Part shown: in pieces, positions 12,001-21,642 of the stretch
Numbering within the stretch: position 1 is the stretch's first letter
How the letters are laid out: each line of letters begins with the position of its first letter
Assembly (NCBI GenBank): GCA_963737655.1
Contig: CAVTTN010000002.1
Span: 7,072,001-7,136,000 of the forward strand
Length of the DNA stretch: 64,000 nt
From: an uncultured Planctomycetota bacterium
GTDB lineage: Bacteria > Planctomycetota > Planctomycetia > Isosphaerales > Isosphaeraceae
Reading direction: 5' to 3'
Notes under the pieces: model-generated
Database searches by the model: none
What the model saw: only the letters and a program-made list of their open reading frames with translations
Told to the model about the DNA's origin: nothing
Translations under genes and position numbers: made by a program

Positions 12001-15000
12001 TCGGCGACCGGCGGGACCGGGCCGTACACCTTCGCGGTGACCAGCGGCACCCTGCCCACGGGCCTGACGCTGTCCTCCGCCGGCCTGCTCAACGGGACGC
12101 CCACCGCGGCCGGCTCGTCCACGTTCACCGTCACGGCCACCGACGCCAACAGCGCCACCGCCACCCAGGCGTTCACCCTGGCGGTCAACCCGGTCCTGGC
12201 GATCAACCAGGCCACCCTGCCCGCGACGACCGTGGGGAGCACCTACAGCCAGCAGTTCAGCACGACCGGCGGGGCGACCCCGATCACCTACGCCGTGACC
12301 ACGGGCACGCTGCCCACGGGCCTGACGCTGTCGCCCGTCGGCCTGCTCAGCGGGACGCCCACCGCGGCCGGCTCGTCCACCTTCACCGTCACGGCCACCG
12401 ACGCCAACAGCGCCACCGCCACCCAGGCGATCACCCTGGTGGTCAACCCGGCGGTCGCGATCACGACGACGACCCTGCCGGCCACGACCCTCGGCCAGCC
12501 CTACATCCAGACCCTGGCGGCGACCGGAGGGACCGGGACGCTGACCTTCGCCGTGACCACCGGCACCCTGCCGGCCGGGCTGTCGCTGTCCTCCGACGGC
12601 GTGATCTCCGGGACGACGACCACGGCCCAGACCTCGGCCTTCACCGTGACCGTGACCGACGCGACCGGCTCGAAGGCGACCCAGAATTACTCCCTGGTCG
12701 TCAACCCCGCGCTGGCGATCGGCACGACCTCGCTGACCGGCGTGACCGTCGGGTCGGCCACCAGCGAGCAGATCGCGACGACGGGCGGGACCTCGCCGGT
12801 GGCCTACGCGGTCACCGCGGGCACGCTGCCGGCGGGGCTCACGCTGTCGACCTCCGGCCTGATCAGCGGGACGGCGACGACGGCCGGCTCCTCCACGTTC
12901 ACCGTGAAGGCGACCGACGCCTCGGGCGCCTCGGCCACGAAGGACCTGACGCTGGTGGTCAGCCCGGCCATCACCTTCGGCACGACCACCCTGCCGGCCA
13001 CCACGATCAACCGGCCCTACAGCCAGCAGATCGCGGCCACCGGAGGCTCGGGGACGCTCACCTTCGCGGTGACGACCGGCACGCTGCCCACCGGCCTCAC
13101 GCTCACCCCGGCCGGCCTGCTCAGCGGGACGCCCACGGCCGCCGGTTCGTCCACCTTCACCGTGACGGCCACCGACGGCAACGGCGCCAAGCAGGCCCAG
13201 GCCCTCACCCTGGTCGTCAACCCGGCCCTGGCGATCGGCACGACCTCGCTGAGTCCGATCACCGTCGGCACCGCCACCAGCCAGCAACTGCACTCGACCG
13301 GCGGGACGTCGCCGGTGACGTACGCGGTGACGACCGGCACGCTGCCGGCGGGGCTCACGCTATCGACCTCCGGCCTGCTCAGCGGGACGGCGACGACGGC
13401 CGGCTCCTCCACGTTCACCGTGACGGCCACCGACGCCTCGGGAGGGACGGCCACCCAGGTCCTCTCGGTGGTGGCGAATCCGGCGATCGCGATCACGACC
13501 GCCTCGCTGCCCACGGCCACCGTGGGGACCGCCTACAGCCAGGCGCTCGCGGCCACCGGAGGCTCGGGGACGCTCACGTACTCCCTCGGCTCGGGCACCC
13601 TGCCGGCGGGCCTCACGTTGTCCTCCGCCGGGCTGATCAGCGGGACGCCCACGACGGCCGGCTCCTCCACCTTCACGGTGGTCGTGACCGACCAGGCGGG
13701 CGCGACCGCCTCTCATCAGTACTCGCTGACGACGAACGCCACCTACACGCTGAACCCCACGGCGATCCCGGCCGGGGTGATCAACACGGCCTACAGCCAG
13801 CAGTTGAACGCCACCGGAGGGAGCGGGACCTCCACCTTCGCCGTGACCACCGGCGCCCTGCCGGCGGGGCTCACGCTGTCGACGTCCGGGCTGATCAGCG
13901 GGACGCCGACGACGGCCGGCTCCTCGACGTTCACCGTCCAGGCCACCGACGCCGCCAGCGACAAGGCGAGCCGGGTGTACACGCTGGCGATCAACTCGAC
14001 GCTGGCGATCAACCAGGCCACGCTGCCCTCGCCCGTGGTGGGATCGGCCTACAGCCAGCAATTGTCGGTCACCGGCGGGACCACGCCGTTCACCTACACC
14101 CTGGCCTCGGGCGCACTTCCGGCGGGGCTCACGCTGTCGTCTACCGGGCTGATCAGCGGGACGCCGACGACGGCCGGGAATTCCTCGTTCACCGTCCGGG
14201 CCACGGACGCCAACGGGGCGACCGCCACCCAGGACTTCATGGTGATGACCAACCCGGCGCTGGCCATCACCCAGACCACCCTGCCTGCGGCCGTCCTGGG
14301 CACGGCGTACAACCAGCAGATCACGGCGACCGGGGGCGTCTCGCCCTACACGTTCGCCGTGACCAACGGGTCTCTGCCGGCGGGCCTGACGCTCGGCACC
14401 ACCGGGGCGATCACCGGGACGCCCACGGCCGCGGGGACGTCCACCTTCACCGTGACGACCATGGACCAGTCCGGCGCCACGGCCACGCAGACGTTCACCC
14501 TGGCCGTCAACTCGACGCTGGCGATCAACCAGACCACGCTGCCGGCCGCGACGACCGGGACGGCCTACAGCCAGCAGCTCTCGGTCACCGGAGGGGCGAC
14601 CCCGGTCACCTATTCCCTGCTCTCCGGCACCCTGCCGGCGGGCCTCACGCTGTCGACTTCCGGGCTGATCAGCGGGACGCCGACGACGGCCGGCTCCTCG
14701 ACGTTCACCGTCCAGGCCACCGACGCCAACGGGGCGACCGCCACCCAGGCGCTGACCCTCGCCGTGAACGCCCCGGCGGTCGTCGCGCCGCCGACGGTCA
14801 CCAACCTCCAGCGCTTCGGCTTCCACCTCCAGCCGACGGAATACGTCATCACCTTCAGCTCGGCGATGGACCCGACCCGGGCCCAGAACGTGAGCAACTA
14901 CGTCCTGAAGCTCGCCCGAGGCGGGCCGGCGATCCGCATCACCTCGGCCGTGTATGACGCCGTCGCCCACACGGTGACCCTCCGCACGGCGAAGCTGCTG

Positions 15001-15315
15001 AACGTCCACCGTCAGTACTCGCTGACGATCAACGGCATGGCCCCCTCGGGCCTGACCGGGCAATCCACCCAGTCCGGCCAGACCGGCCCGCTGCTCGACG
15101 GGCAGGGCAACGGCTCGGCCGGGAGCAACTACACCCGGACCTTCGGCATGGAGATCCTCGCCGGCCCGAGCACGGTCCAGTCGAGCAAGGTCCGCGCGAA
15201 GATCCACGCGACGCCGGCCGTCGCCAGCGGCCACAAGGTCGGCGCCCTCGGCCACCTCTCCGGCAAGGCCGTGGACGCCGTCCTCCACCTGATGAAGGTC
15301 CGTCGCCACCGCTGA
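9025..15315 (+). CDS. Large secreted/surface protein: planctomycete LEPR-xLL-type N-terminus, right-handed beta-helix region, ~17 putative Ig (He_PIG-like) repeats and a C-terminal Ig-like domain
   Basis: RARAELGVMALEGRVLL motif; N-rich beta-helix repeats; tandem ~86-aa units with LPAGLTLS..GLISGTPT.AGSSTFTVTATD; ATG at 9025 is in frame. Confidence 0.85.
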   Translation: MSHRERSIDVERTRRKRRTRARAELGVMALEGRVLLTVTDVTTGMTFATIQAAVDAAAAGDTLKATAGTYNETVNVTKTLTIQGARSGVDARNRPGGISTESVVTGTTGGFTIDAKDVVIDGFTIDGATGGPGISTTPTTAGDQILNNIINNNVQGILLASNGTSPTLVKQNEISNNNQAGTHSGFGIFSDQNVQDATIDSNAFLNNSSGDIRFVGATVSQVGIDITNNGFSGGSIGLSDVSGSIITGNTMTGTAGPAIELGGGDAGISIESNTIVNNATIGVDVSTTLQTTASANSNVTIRANRFFGNSKAGVSIAAPAAYTGGALDAVDNWWGSNAGPNQTGNDSTSGDVNATPWIVMTIAATRPTVGPGGSSEVTAGFTTDSNGGALPAGATFPDGTAVAFSATGGTMAPTSALTATGSAMSTFTAGSAGDASSKATLDDQSLTVPITVQAITITPATLSPTTIGQSVNQTITATGGAGTFTYTVTAGALPDGLALASGSGALTGTPTSAGTTTFTVTATDISGGTGTQGYSFVVNPAVTFTTTTLPATTAGIAYSQQLATTGGTSPTTFAVTTGTLPAGVTLSMAGLLSGTPTTAGSSAVTVTATDAAGAKATQDLTLLINPAVTFTTTTLPATTLGASYNHQVSATGGTGSLTFAVTTGTLPAGVTLSMAGLLSGTPTAAGSSTFTVTATDSLGAKATQGLTLLVNPAVTFTTTTLPATTAGIAYSQQLATTGGTSPTTFAVTTGTLPAGVTLSMAGLLSGTPTTAGSSAVTVTATDAAGAKATQNLTLLVNPPVAITTTTLPATTAGISYIQTLAATGGTGSLTYSVTTGTLPAGLSLSPSGAISGTPTAAGSSPFTVTATDSLGATATKNLTILVNPAVTLNATAPPAGSVGSAYSSQISATGGTGALTYAVTTGTLPAGLTLSSSGLISGTPTTAGSSTFFITATDSLGASGSAVYSIPIRAALAVSPSALPAGVLNTSYIQTISATGGTGPYTFAVTSGTLPTGLTLSSAGLLNGTPTAAGSSTFTVTATDANSATATQAFTLAVNPVLAINQATLPATTVGSTYSQQFSTTGGATPITYAVTTGTLPTGLTLSPVGLLSGTPTAAGSSTFTVTATDANSATATQAITLVVNPAVAITTTTLPATTLGQPYIQTLAATGGTGTLTFAVTTGTLPAGLSLSSDGVISGTTTTAQTSAFTVTVTDATGSKATQNYSLVVNPALAIGTTSLTGVTVGSATSEQIATTGGTSPVAYAVTAGTLPAGLTLSTSGLISGTATTAGSSTFTVKATDASGASATKDLTLVVSPAITFGTTTLPATTINRPYSQQIAATGGSGTLTFAVTTGTLPTGLTLTPAGLLSGTPTAAGSSTFTVTATDGNGAKQAQALTLVVNPALAIGTTSLSPITVGTATSQQLHSTGGTSPVTYAVTTGTLPAGLTLSTSGLLSGTATTAGSSTFTVTATDASGGTATQVLSVVANPAIAITTASLPTATVGTAYSQALAATGGSGTLTYSLGSGTLPAGLTLSSAGLISGTPTTAGSSTFTVVVTDQAGATASHQYSLTTNATYTLNPTAIPAGVINTAYSQQLNATGGSGTSTFAVTTGALPAGLTLSTSGLISGTPTTAGSSTFTVQATDAASDKASRVYTLAINSTLAINQATLPSPVVGSAYSQQLSVTGGTTPFTYTLASGALPAGLTLSSTGLISGTPTTAGNSSFTVRATDANGATATQDFMVMTNPALAITQTTLPAAVLGTAYNQQITATGGVSPYTFAVTNGSLPAGLTLGTTGAITGTPTAAGTSTFTVTTMDQSGATATQTFTLAVNSTLAINQTTLPAATTGTAYSQQLSVTGGATPVTYSLLSGTLPAGLTLSTSGLISGTPTTAGSSTFTVQATDANGATATQALTLAVNAPAVVAPPTVTNLQRFGFHLQPTEYVITFSSAMDPTRAQNVSNYVLKLARGGPAIRITSAVYDAVAHTVTLRTAKLLNVHRQYSLTINGMAPSGLTGQSTQSGQTGPLLDGQGNGSAGSNYTRTFGMEILAGPSTVQSSKVRAKIHATPAVASGHKVGALGHLSGKAVDAVLHLMKVRRHR
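10381..14770 (+). repeat. Tandem ~258-bp coding repeats (Ig-like units)
   Basis: Periodic motifs in the protein; the unit at ~10635-10890 is almost identical in DNA to ~11151-11400 (offset 516). Confidence 0.85.
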
Positions 15316-15346
15316 TCGGCGACCCCGCAAGCCCGTCCGTGATCTG

Positions 15347-15387
15347 GCGACCCGGCGCCGAGGACCAAGTCCTCGGCGCCGGGTCGC
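15347..15387. terminator. Perfect 19-bp stem hairpin between convergent genes (probable bidirectional terminator)
   Basis: GCGACCCGGCGCCGAGGAC-CAA-GTCCTCGGCGCCGGGTCGC. Confidence 0.7.
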
Positions 15388-15438
15388 GGTGCTTTGACGC
15401 CTTCCCTCCTCGGCGAGGGCGTGGAGGGGAAGGGGTCG

Positions 15439-17698
15439 CTATCGCTTCTCCAGCTCCTCCGCGACCCGGTCCACGCTCGCCGCATAAGCCTTCAGGGCCT
15501 GAGCCGCCCGGCCGATCTCCCGTTCGGCTTCCTCGTAACGCTTCTCCTCGATCCCCTCGCGGATTCCCGGCAGGGTCTTGACCCCGTAGCCGGTGTAGAA
15601 CCCGGGCGCGTAGATCAGGTGCTTGAACCACGGCCGACCGGGGAAGCCCCTCGTTGCTGGTCAGGCGGCGTTCGGTCTGGATCAAGAGCGCGTTGAGGCT
15701 CGCCAGGTCCTCAACGCCTGCCCCGTCATGCGTCTTGGCGAAGGACTCGATCGCCCGGGAGTACCTCTGGGCGCTGCGGTCCAGCGCGACGAGGGCATTC
15801 TCCAGGGGGGCGAAGTTCAGGAAGGGGGGGACCGCCTGCTTCGGCGGCGCGAGCAGGGGGTGGCGCGGGTCGCTCGCGATCGCGAAGAGGCCCTGATCGA
15901 TCGCCTCGTTGCGGTCGCGGACCTCGTCCTGTTTGTCGGACAGGAGCTTCTTGACCTCGTTCCCATAGGTGTGCATCGTGTCGGAGAAATCGATGAAGTC
16001 GTAGGGCAAGACGTCCGCGTCGGCGAACCTCATGAGCATCGTCCCGGCCGTCTGCGCCAGGGCCCGGGCGTAGACGAACTCGGTGTCCGAGAAGCGGGTG
16101 TACCAGAAGAAATCGTCATAGATCGAGTGATAAATGCCCTGCTTGTCCTCGCCCCCGAACCCGAGGTTGAGCGACGCGACCCCCAGGTGATCGAGGAACG
16201 CCGTGTAGTCGCTCCCCGACCCCAATGCGGGGATGCGGAGGTCGGCCCGCGAGCGGACTTCCTTGATCACGTCGGCGGTGCCCGAGGTCCGGCGGAGGGC
16301 CTTCAGGCGATGGGCCAGGGAGACGTTCGTCTCGGGGTCGAGGATGTCCCGGGCCACGCCGTTCGCGAATTTCTCCAGGGAATGCGACCCGCCCACGCCG
16401 AGGAACCCCCGGCCGTTGCTGTCCGAGTTCACGTAGACCGCGGCATGGGCGATCAGGTCGGCGGCGTGCTCCTCGCACCATTCCGTCGACCCGAGGAGCC
16501 CCGGCTCCTCGCCGTCCCAGGCGCAGAAGAGGATCGTCCGCCCGGGCTTCCATCCCTGCTTGAGGAGCTCGGAGAGGGCGCGGGCCTCCTCCAGGAGCGC
16601 GACCAGGCCGGAGACGGGGTCGTCGGCGCCGTTGACCCAGGCGTCGTGGTGGTTGCCTCGGATGATCCACTGGTCGGGCGAGCGCGCTCCGGGGATCGTG
16701 GCGATGATGTTGCGGATGGGCTTGATGTCCCAGTTCGACTCGACCTTCAGATGGACCTTCGCGGGGCCGGGGCCGACGTGGTAGGTGATCGGCAGGCCGC
16801 CGCGGAAGTCTTCCGGGACGGCCGGGCCTTTCAGCTCGGCCAGCAGGGGCTTCGCGTCCCCGTACGAGATGGGGAGGACCGGGATCTTCGTGATCGTTGG
16901 CGCCTCCTTGACCGAGAGGCGCCTGGCATCCCCCTTCGAGGCGATTCCGGGCGTCAGGGGGTCGCCGGGATACAAAGGCATGTCGGCCACGCTGCCTCGC
17001 TGGACGCCGTTCTCATTGCGCATCGGGCCCTTCGGGAAGACGTCATCGACGACGTAGCCGTCATCCGCGGGGTCGGAATAGATCAGGCAACCGACCGCGC
17101 CATGCTCCGCGGCCACCTTCACCTTGATCCCTCGCCACGACTTGCCGTAACGGGCGATCACGACCGCCCCCTTCACCGAGACGCCCAGGCGGTCCAGGGT
17201 CTCGTAATCCTTCGGGATGCCATAGTTCACATAGACGAGAGGTGCGGTCACGTCGCCGTCGATGGAATAGGCGTGGTAGGGCGGGAGCTGCTCGGCCTGC
17301 TGATCCGAGGTCGGGTCCTCCGGGACGGCCGGCTCCTGGAGCTTCGCGACGAAGCGGACCGGCTCGACGAGCTCGAGGACCCGGGCCTTCGGGGTCGGAA
17401 AAAGCACGTCGTATTGCTCAATCTTCGCGTCGAGTCCCCAGGCCTTGAATCGCTCCAGAATCCATTCGGCGTTGTCCCTGTCGTGGGGAGAGCCGACATG
17501 ATGAGGGCGGGCGCTCAGCCGCTTCATGGCGTCTCGCATGACCTGGGGGCTGGGGATCGCCCGGAATTTCTCCTCCCAGGAGCGTTCGGTCTTCGAAGAC
17601 GCGGCCGTGAAGCCGTAAAGGGGTGCGTCGTCCGCCGCCCGCGCAAGGGAAATCGAGGCGGCGAAGACCAGGGTCGCGATCGCAAGGGCTCGGCTCAT
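15439..17698 (-). CDS. M28 metallopeptidase (glutamate carboxypeptidase II / transferrin-receptor-like), frameshift at ~15640
   Basis: Signal peptide MSRALAIATLVFAAS; PA domain; GNHHDAW, GADDPVSG, WDGEEPGLLGSTEW, GSGSDY and YHSIYD motifs; the alternative-frame tail RPWFKHLIYAPGFYTGYG..EELEKR stops at 15439. Confidence 0.9.
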
Positions 17699-17902
17699 CG
17701 AATCTCCCGGCGGCGAGTTCTCAGGAAGGGGTTTACGCGGAGGCGGTCGATCGCGCGCGTGACCAGGAGTTCTAAGGCGGACCCGTGGACGGGTCAAGGG
17801 CCGGCGGACCGGCCCGGCCGGACCATGCGGATGCGTGAACCCGAACCGAGGACGTCGTCCTCAGCCCGACGTCGAGACTTCGAAGGACCCGAATCGTCGC
17901 AT

Positions 17903-17934
17903 CCCGGCCCGGTTCCGCCGCCGAACCGGCCGGG
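17903..17934. terminator. GC hairpin just downstream (minus strand) of the tRNA-His fragment
   Basis: CCCGGCCCGGTTC-CGCCGCC-GAACCGGCCGGG. Confidence 0.4.
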
Positions 17935-17956
17935 CCACGGTCCGCGATTTCCCGAA

Positions 17957-18002
17957 GGGTGCCTGACCGGATTCGAACCCGCGATCCCCAGATCCACAAT
18001 CT
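17957..18002 (-). other. 3' half of tRNA-His(GTG); att-site scar, not an intact tRNA
   Basis: The minus strand reads AGATTGTGGATCTGGGGATCGCGGGTTCGAATCCGGTCAGGCACCC (anticodon loop, T-arm, acceptor 3' strand); no D-arm or 5' acceptor strand is present. Confidence 0.8.
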
Positions 18003-18140
18003 CGTCTCAACCTACCCCGACCGAAGCCTGAAGACGCTGTCCAGTAGGATTTTACGACAGAATCGAGTCCCGACTGTACTTTCCGGGATTTTATAGCTTC
18101 CGAACCGTCGGTCGGGTCCGAGGCCGCGCGAGGATTGGAA

Positions 18141-18515
18141 TCAGCCGCTCTCGAGGCTCAGTTCCCAGCCCGTGCTCAGACAGAGTATCTCCCAGCAGTG
18201 GGAGACCTGGGCAACGCCCCGGTTGACCTGAACCCAGACTCGCTCCACAGGACCGCCGGTACCGAGGTTGAAGGTGACTTCGTATGATTCGGATTCCACG
18301 TGGCCGCACATGAAGGAGGGTCGCTGCTCCAGGGCTCCACTCACCATCTCTGGCAGCGCGATCCCTCGTGCGTTAAGGCTCGCGAGCTTCTCCCGGCCGG
18401 ACGGTGACCAGTCGAACGCGACATCAGGGAATACGGCGCGAAGTGACTGCTGGACCGAAGTCGGTGTGCCCAGCGGCTGGCCGTCGTCTCGTTGGAGCGT
18501 TCCCTGGATACACAC
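18141..18515 (-). CDS. Hypothetical protein lying inside the IS701 inverted repeats
   Basis: 124-aa ORF with globular composition and lower GC; no family recognised; start uncertain. Confidence 0.5.
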   Translation of the reverse strand: MCIQGTLQRDDGQPLGTPTSVQQSLRAVFPDVAFDWSPSGREKLASLNARGIALPEMVSGALEQRPSFMCGHVESESYEVTFNLGTGGPVERVWVQVNRGVAQVSHCWEILCLSTGWELSLESG

Positions 18516-18616
18516 GAGCGGAGCCGCCTGTCCAAATCGATTAGACGGGGGCCGGCCCGAGCGGGACGATGGCGGTTACTACACCAGCCTGACACCCCGA
18601 GCGGAGCCGGCCCCCG

Positions 18617-19948
18617 ATGACATCCTCGCGTCTCACGCCCGCCCCGTGCCAGTGGTTCTCCTGGCTCGCCGTCGCCCTCGACCGTCGCTCCGCTCCCCGG
18701 CTCGCCCTGCTGTTCCTCGGCGCCGTCCTGGCCCGGGGCCGGCGCACCGTCACCACCTGGATCAGGGCGGCCAAGCTCGGCGGTCAATATCAGCGCTGCT
18801 ACGTCGCCGTGGCGGCCGCCGGCAAGCGGGCCGATCGCATCGCCCGACGACTGCTGACCGAGGTGGTCCGGCCGCTCCTCAAGGGGGCCACGCGGCTAAC
18901 CCTCGCCCTGGACGACACCCCGACGAAGCGGTATGGCCCGCACGTCCAGGGGGCCGGCGTGCATCACAACCCGACACCCGGCCCTGCCGGTTCGCCCTAT
19001 GTCTACGGCCATGTCTTCGTCGTCCTGGCCCTGCTCGTGGCCCATCCGTCGTGGGGAGTCGTCGCCCTGCCGCTGCTGGCCCGGCTCTACGTCCGCAAGA
19101 AGGACCTGCCGGGCATCGACCCGAAGCATCGGCCGCCGTTCCGCACCAAGCTGGAAACGGCCGTCGAACTGCTGCGGTGGGCCAAGCCCTGGCTGGGGCT
19201 GCTGGGATTGCCGATCCGGGTGGTGGCCGACGGTGCCTATGCCAAGGCGGCCTTCCTCAAGCCGGCGATGTCACTGGGCATGACGGTCGTCAGCCGACTC
19301 AGAAAGGATGCGGCGTTGCGGACGTTGCCCGGCCCACGGCCGGCGGGGAAGCGGGGCCGGCCGCGGACCTACGGGGAGGAAAAGATCGACCTGGCCAAGC
19401 GAGGCGGCCAGCGGCGTGGCTGGTCGTCCGACACGTTCGACCTTTACGGGCAGAAGGCGGTCAAGAAGTACAAGACGTTCCTGGCGACCTGGCGGCCGGC
19501 CGGTGGCGCGATCCGAGTGGTGCTGGTCGATGAGCCGACCGGATGGCGGGCCTATTTCTGCTCCGACACCGAGGCGAGCGTGGCCGACATCCTGGGGATG
19601 GTGTCCGACCGGTTCAGCCTGGAGATCACCTTTCGCGAGTGCAAGCAGGTCGTCGGGGCGGGCCAACAGCAGGTGCGGTTCATCTGGGCGAACATCGGGG
19701 CGTTCCACGTCTGCCTGTGGACGTTCACGCGGACCGAGGCGTGGGCCTGGGGCCGGAAGCAGGAGGAGTTGGTAGACCGCTCGGGCTCGCCGTGGGATAG
19801 CTCGCCGCGCCGTCCGAGCCACGCGGACAAGCGGCGGGCGTGGCGTCGTGAATTGCTGGGCGAGGAGATTCGTGCGACTCTACGCCCGGGGGCGACCGAG
19901 GCGGAAATCCAGGCCATGGCAGAAAGGCTGCTCAGCTTGGCCGCATGA
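18617..19948 (+). CDS. IS701-family DDE transposase
   Basis: LALDDTPTKRYG, VVADGAY and RFSLEITFRECKQ catalytic motifs. Confidence 0.88.
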   Translation: MTSSRLTPAPCQWFSWLAVALDRRSAPRLALLFLGAVLARGRRTVTTWIRAAKLGGQYQRCYVAVAAAGKRADRIARRLLTEVVRPLLKGATRLTLALDDTPTKRYGPHVQGAGVHHNPTPGPAGSPYVYGHVFVVLALLVAHPSWGVVALPLLARLYVRKKDLPGIDPKHRPPFRTKLETAVELLRWAKPWLGLLGLPIRVVADGAYAKAAFLKPAMSLGMTVVSRLRKDAALRTLPGPRPAGKRGRPRTYGEEKIDLAKRGGQRRGWSSDTFDLYGQKAVKKYKTFLATWRPAGGAIRVVLVDEPTGWRAYFCSDTEASVADILGMVSDRFSLEITFRECKQVVGAGQQQVRFIWANIGAFHVCLWTFTRTEAWAWGRKQEELVDRSGSPWDSSPRRPSHADKRRAWRRELLGEEIRATLRPGATEAEIQAMAERLLSLAA

Positions 19949-19974
19949 GATATACATTCACCCGGAAAGTACAG

Positions 19975-20984
19975 CGTTTTCCAAAATCTTGTCGAATTCT
20001 CTCGATGCTGCCAGTGACAATCTCTCCTGAGGGTAGTTCTGCGTAACGGTACTCTTCGGCTGCGTCGTCAAAGATGGTACGCTTGGAGAATAGCTGGCGA
20101 ACCTTCTGCTTTGTGGGATCCTTGCAATACCAAACTGCATAGTCGACAAGCTGTGGTAAGGTGTTAGATACCAAACCGCTAACCTTGCGAAATTCAATCA
20201 AAGCTGTGAAGTTATCTTCACCGAACACTTGATCCATCACCGCCCGCACGCGATGGACATTCTCATCCCCGATCTGAACGAAGATCGAGCCCGACTCCCT
20301 CAGCAGGTCGCGGGCGACGGTGAGGCGGTCGCGGAGGTAGGCCAGGTAGCTGTGGATGCCGTCGCGCCAGGTGTCGCGGAACGCCTTGACCTGCTCGGGC
20401 TCGCGGGTGATGTGGTCGGCCTTGCCGTCCTTCACGTCGCGGCTGGTGGTGGACCACTGGAAGTTGCTGTTGAACTTGATGCCGTAGGGCGGGTCGAGGT
20501 AGATGCACTGGACCTTGCCGCGCAGCCCCTCGCGCTCGGCCAGGCTGGCCATCACCTGGAGCGAGTCGCCCAGGATCATGCGGTTGGTCCAGTTCTGGTC
20601 GTGCCGGTAGAAGTCGGTCTTGTCGGCCCCCTCGGGGATGCCGTTGAAGTCGGCGAGGAGGTCGAGCTGCTGGCCGGGCCGGGCGGAGTCGGCCTCGCGC
20701 GAGCGGCGCTTCAGGTCGTCGATCAGGGCCTTCGGGTGGATCTTCTCCTGGATGTAGAGCGGGGGCGCATGGACGACCAGGTCGCTCCAGTCCTGCTCGT
20801 CCTTGCCCCGCCAGACGAGCTGGGGGTCGAGGTCGCGATTGCGCCGCGCATAGGCGACGCGCACGGGGGAGCGGTCTTCCTGGCGCTCGACCGACTGGAA
20901 ATCGGCGGTGGGGATGTTCTTGCGGGTGGAGTCGTCGTGGCGGAGGGCCTCGACGGACTTCGGCTCGGGGGTCTTCCTGGCCAT
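19975..20984 (-). pseudogene. mod: Type III R-M modification methyltransferase (N6/N4 MTase), truncated by the IS701 end
   Basis: NRMILGDSL, CIYLDPPYGIKF and GSIFVQIGDENVH motifs; the ORF runs into the IS terminus before any FxGxG SAM motif. Confidence 0.85.
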
Positions 20985-21009
20985 GACAGCCACTCCTGGA
21001 GGTTCGGCC

Positions 21010-21167
21010 CCCTCGCTGACGCGTCGGGTTGCGATTCGCCCTGGCTGACGCGTTTCCATAGGGACCCGACGCGTCAGCGAGGGGGTGAGATCACGGAGGC
21101 GCAGGAGGCGAGGGCATCGGATGGGCGAGGGGACTGGGACTCGGGACCCTCGCTGACGCTTCGGGTT
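21010..21167. repeat. REP cluster beside the RAYT
   Basis: CCCTCGCTGACGC(G/T)TCGGGTT at 21010-21030 and 21147-21167; inverted copy ACCCGACGCGTCAGCGAGGG at 21064-21083; degenerate copy at ~21039-21056. Confidence 0.85.
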
Positions 21168-21642
21168 ACGGGTCGAGGTGCTTTCGGTCCTGGGCTTCGG
21201 TCACGTAGGTGATGGCGTTGGAGAGGGCGTCCTCGGTGAAGAGGTGCCGCGCGCTGCCGCGCTCGGCCCACCAGCGCGCTCGGTCCGGGTCGGACCGCTC
21301 CCGGAGGCGCCGCGACGTCCAGGCCTTGAGGTCGTTGCGGACCTTCTCGGGCCGGGCTTCGCGGGCGCTGACGACGACGTGGACGTGATTGGAGCGGCAG
21401 TTCACGGCGTGCAGCGTCCACCCGCGGGCGGCGCAGGTCTCGGCGACCTGTCGCTCGACGATCGCCCGCTCCTCGGGCGAGAGCCGGCACTCGTCCTCGG
21501 CCATGCGGGCCGCCGACCGCCGCTCCAGGGCCGGGTCCGGCTCCCGCCTGCCGTGCCGATAGCGGACCCACCCGCGAGCATCGCCCGGGAGCCACGTCCC
21601 GCAGGTCGGCCAGGTGAGCAGGAACCCCAGGGGGTCGTTCAT
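21166..21642 (-). CDS. REP-associated tyrosine transposase (RAYT / Y1 HUH family)
   Basis: LTWPTCGTWLPGD N-terminus, HUH motif NHVHVVV, catalytic Tyr in AITYV; adjacent REPs. Confidence 0.85.
   Translation of the reverse strand: MNDPLGFLLTWPTCGTWLPGDARGWVRYRHGRREPDPALERRSAARMAEDECRLSPEERAIVERQVAETCAARGWTLHAVNCRSNHVHVVVSAREARPEKVRNDLKAWTSRRLRERSDPDRARWWAERGSARHLFTEDALSNAITYVTEAQDRKHLDP

Larger units (their letters stand above)
18074..19974 (+). mobile_element. IS701-family element with 14-bp terminal inverted repeats
   Basis: CTGTACTTTCCGGG at 18074-18087 is the exact reverse complement of 19961-19974; no target duplication seen. Confidence 0.65.

Noticed and set aside
837..15330. Long antisense and alternative-frame ORFs (837-3596, 5250-8561, 8761-13293, 13360-15330 and similar elsewhere)
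   Set aside because: They are R/G/P-rich shadows of real genes, expected at high GC.
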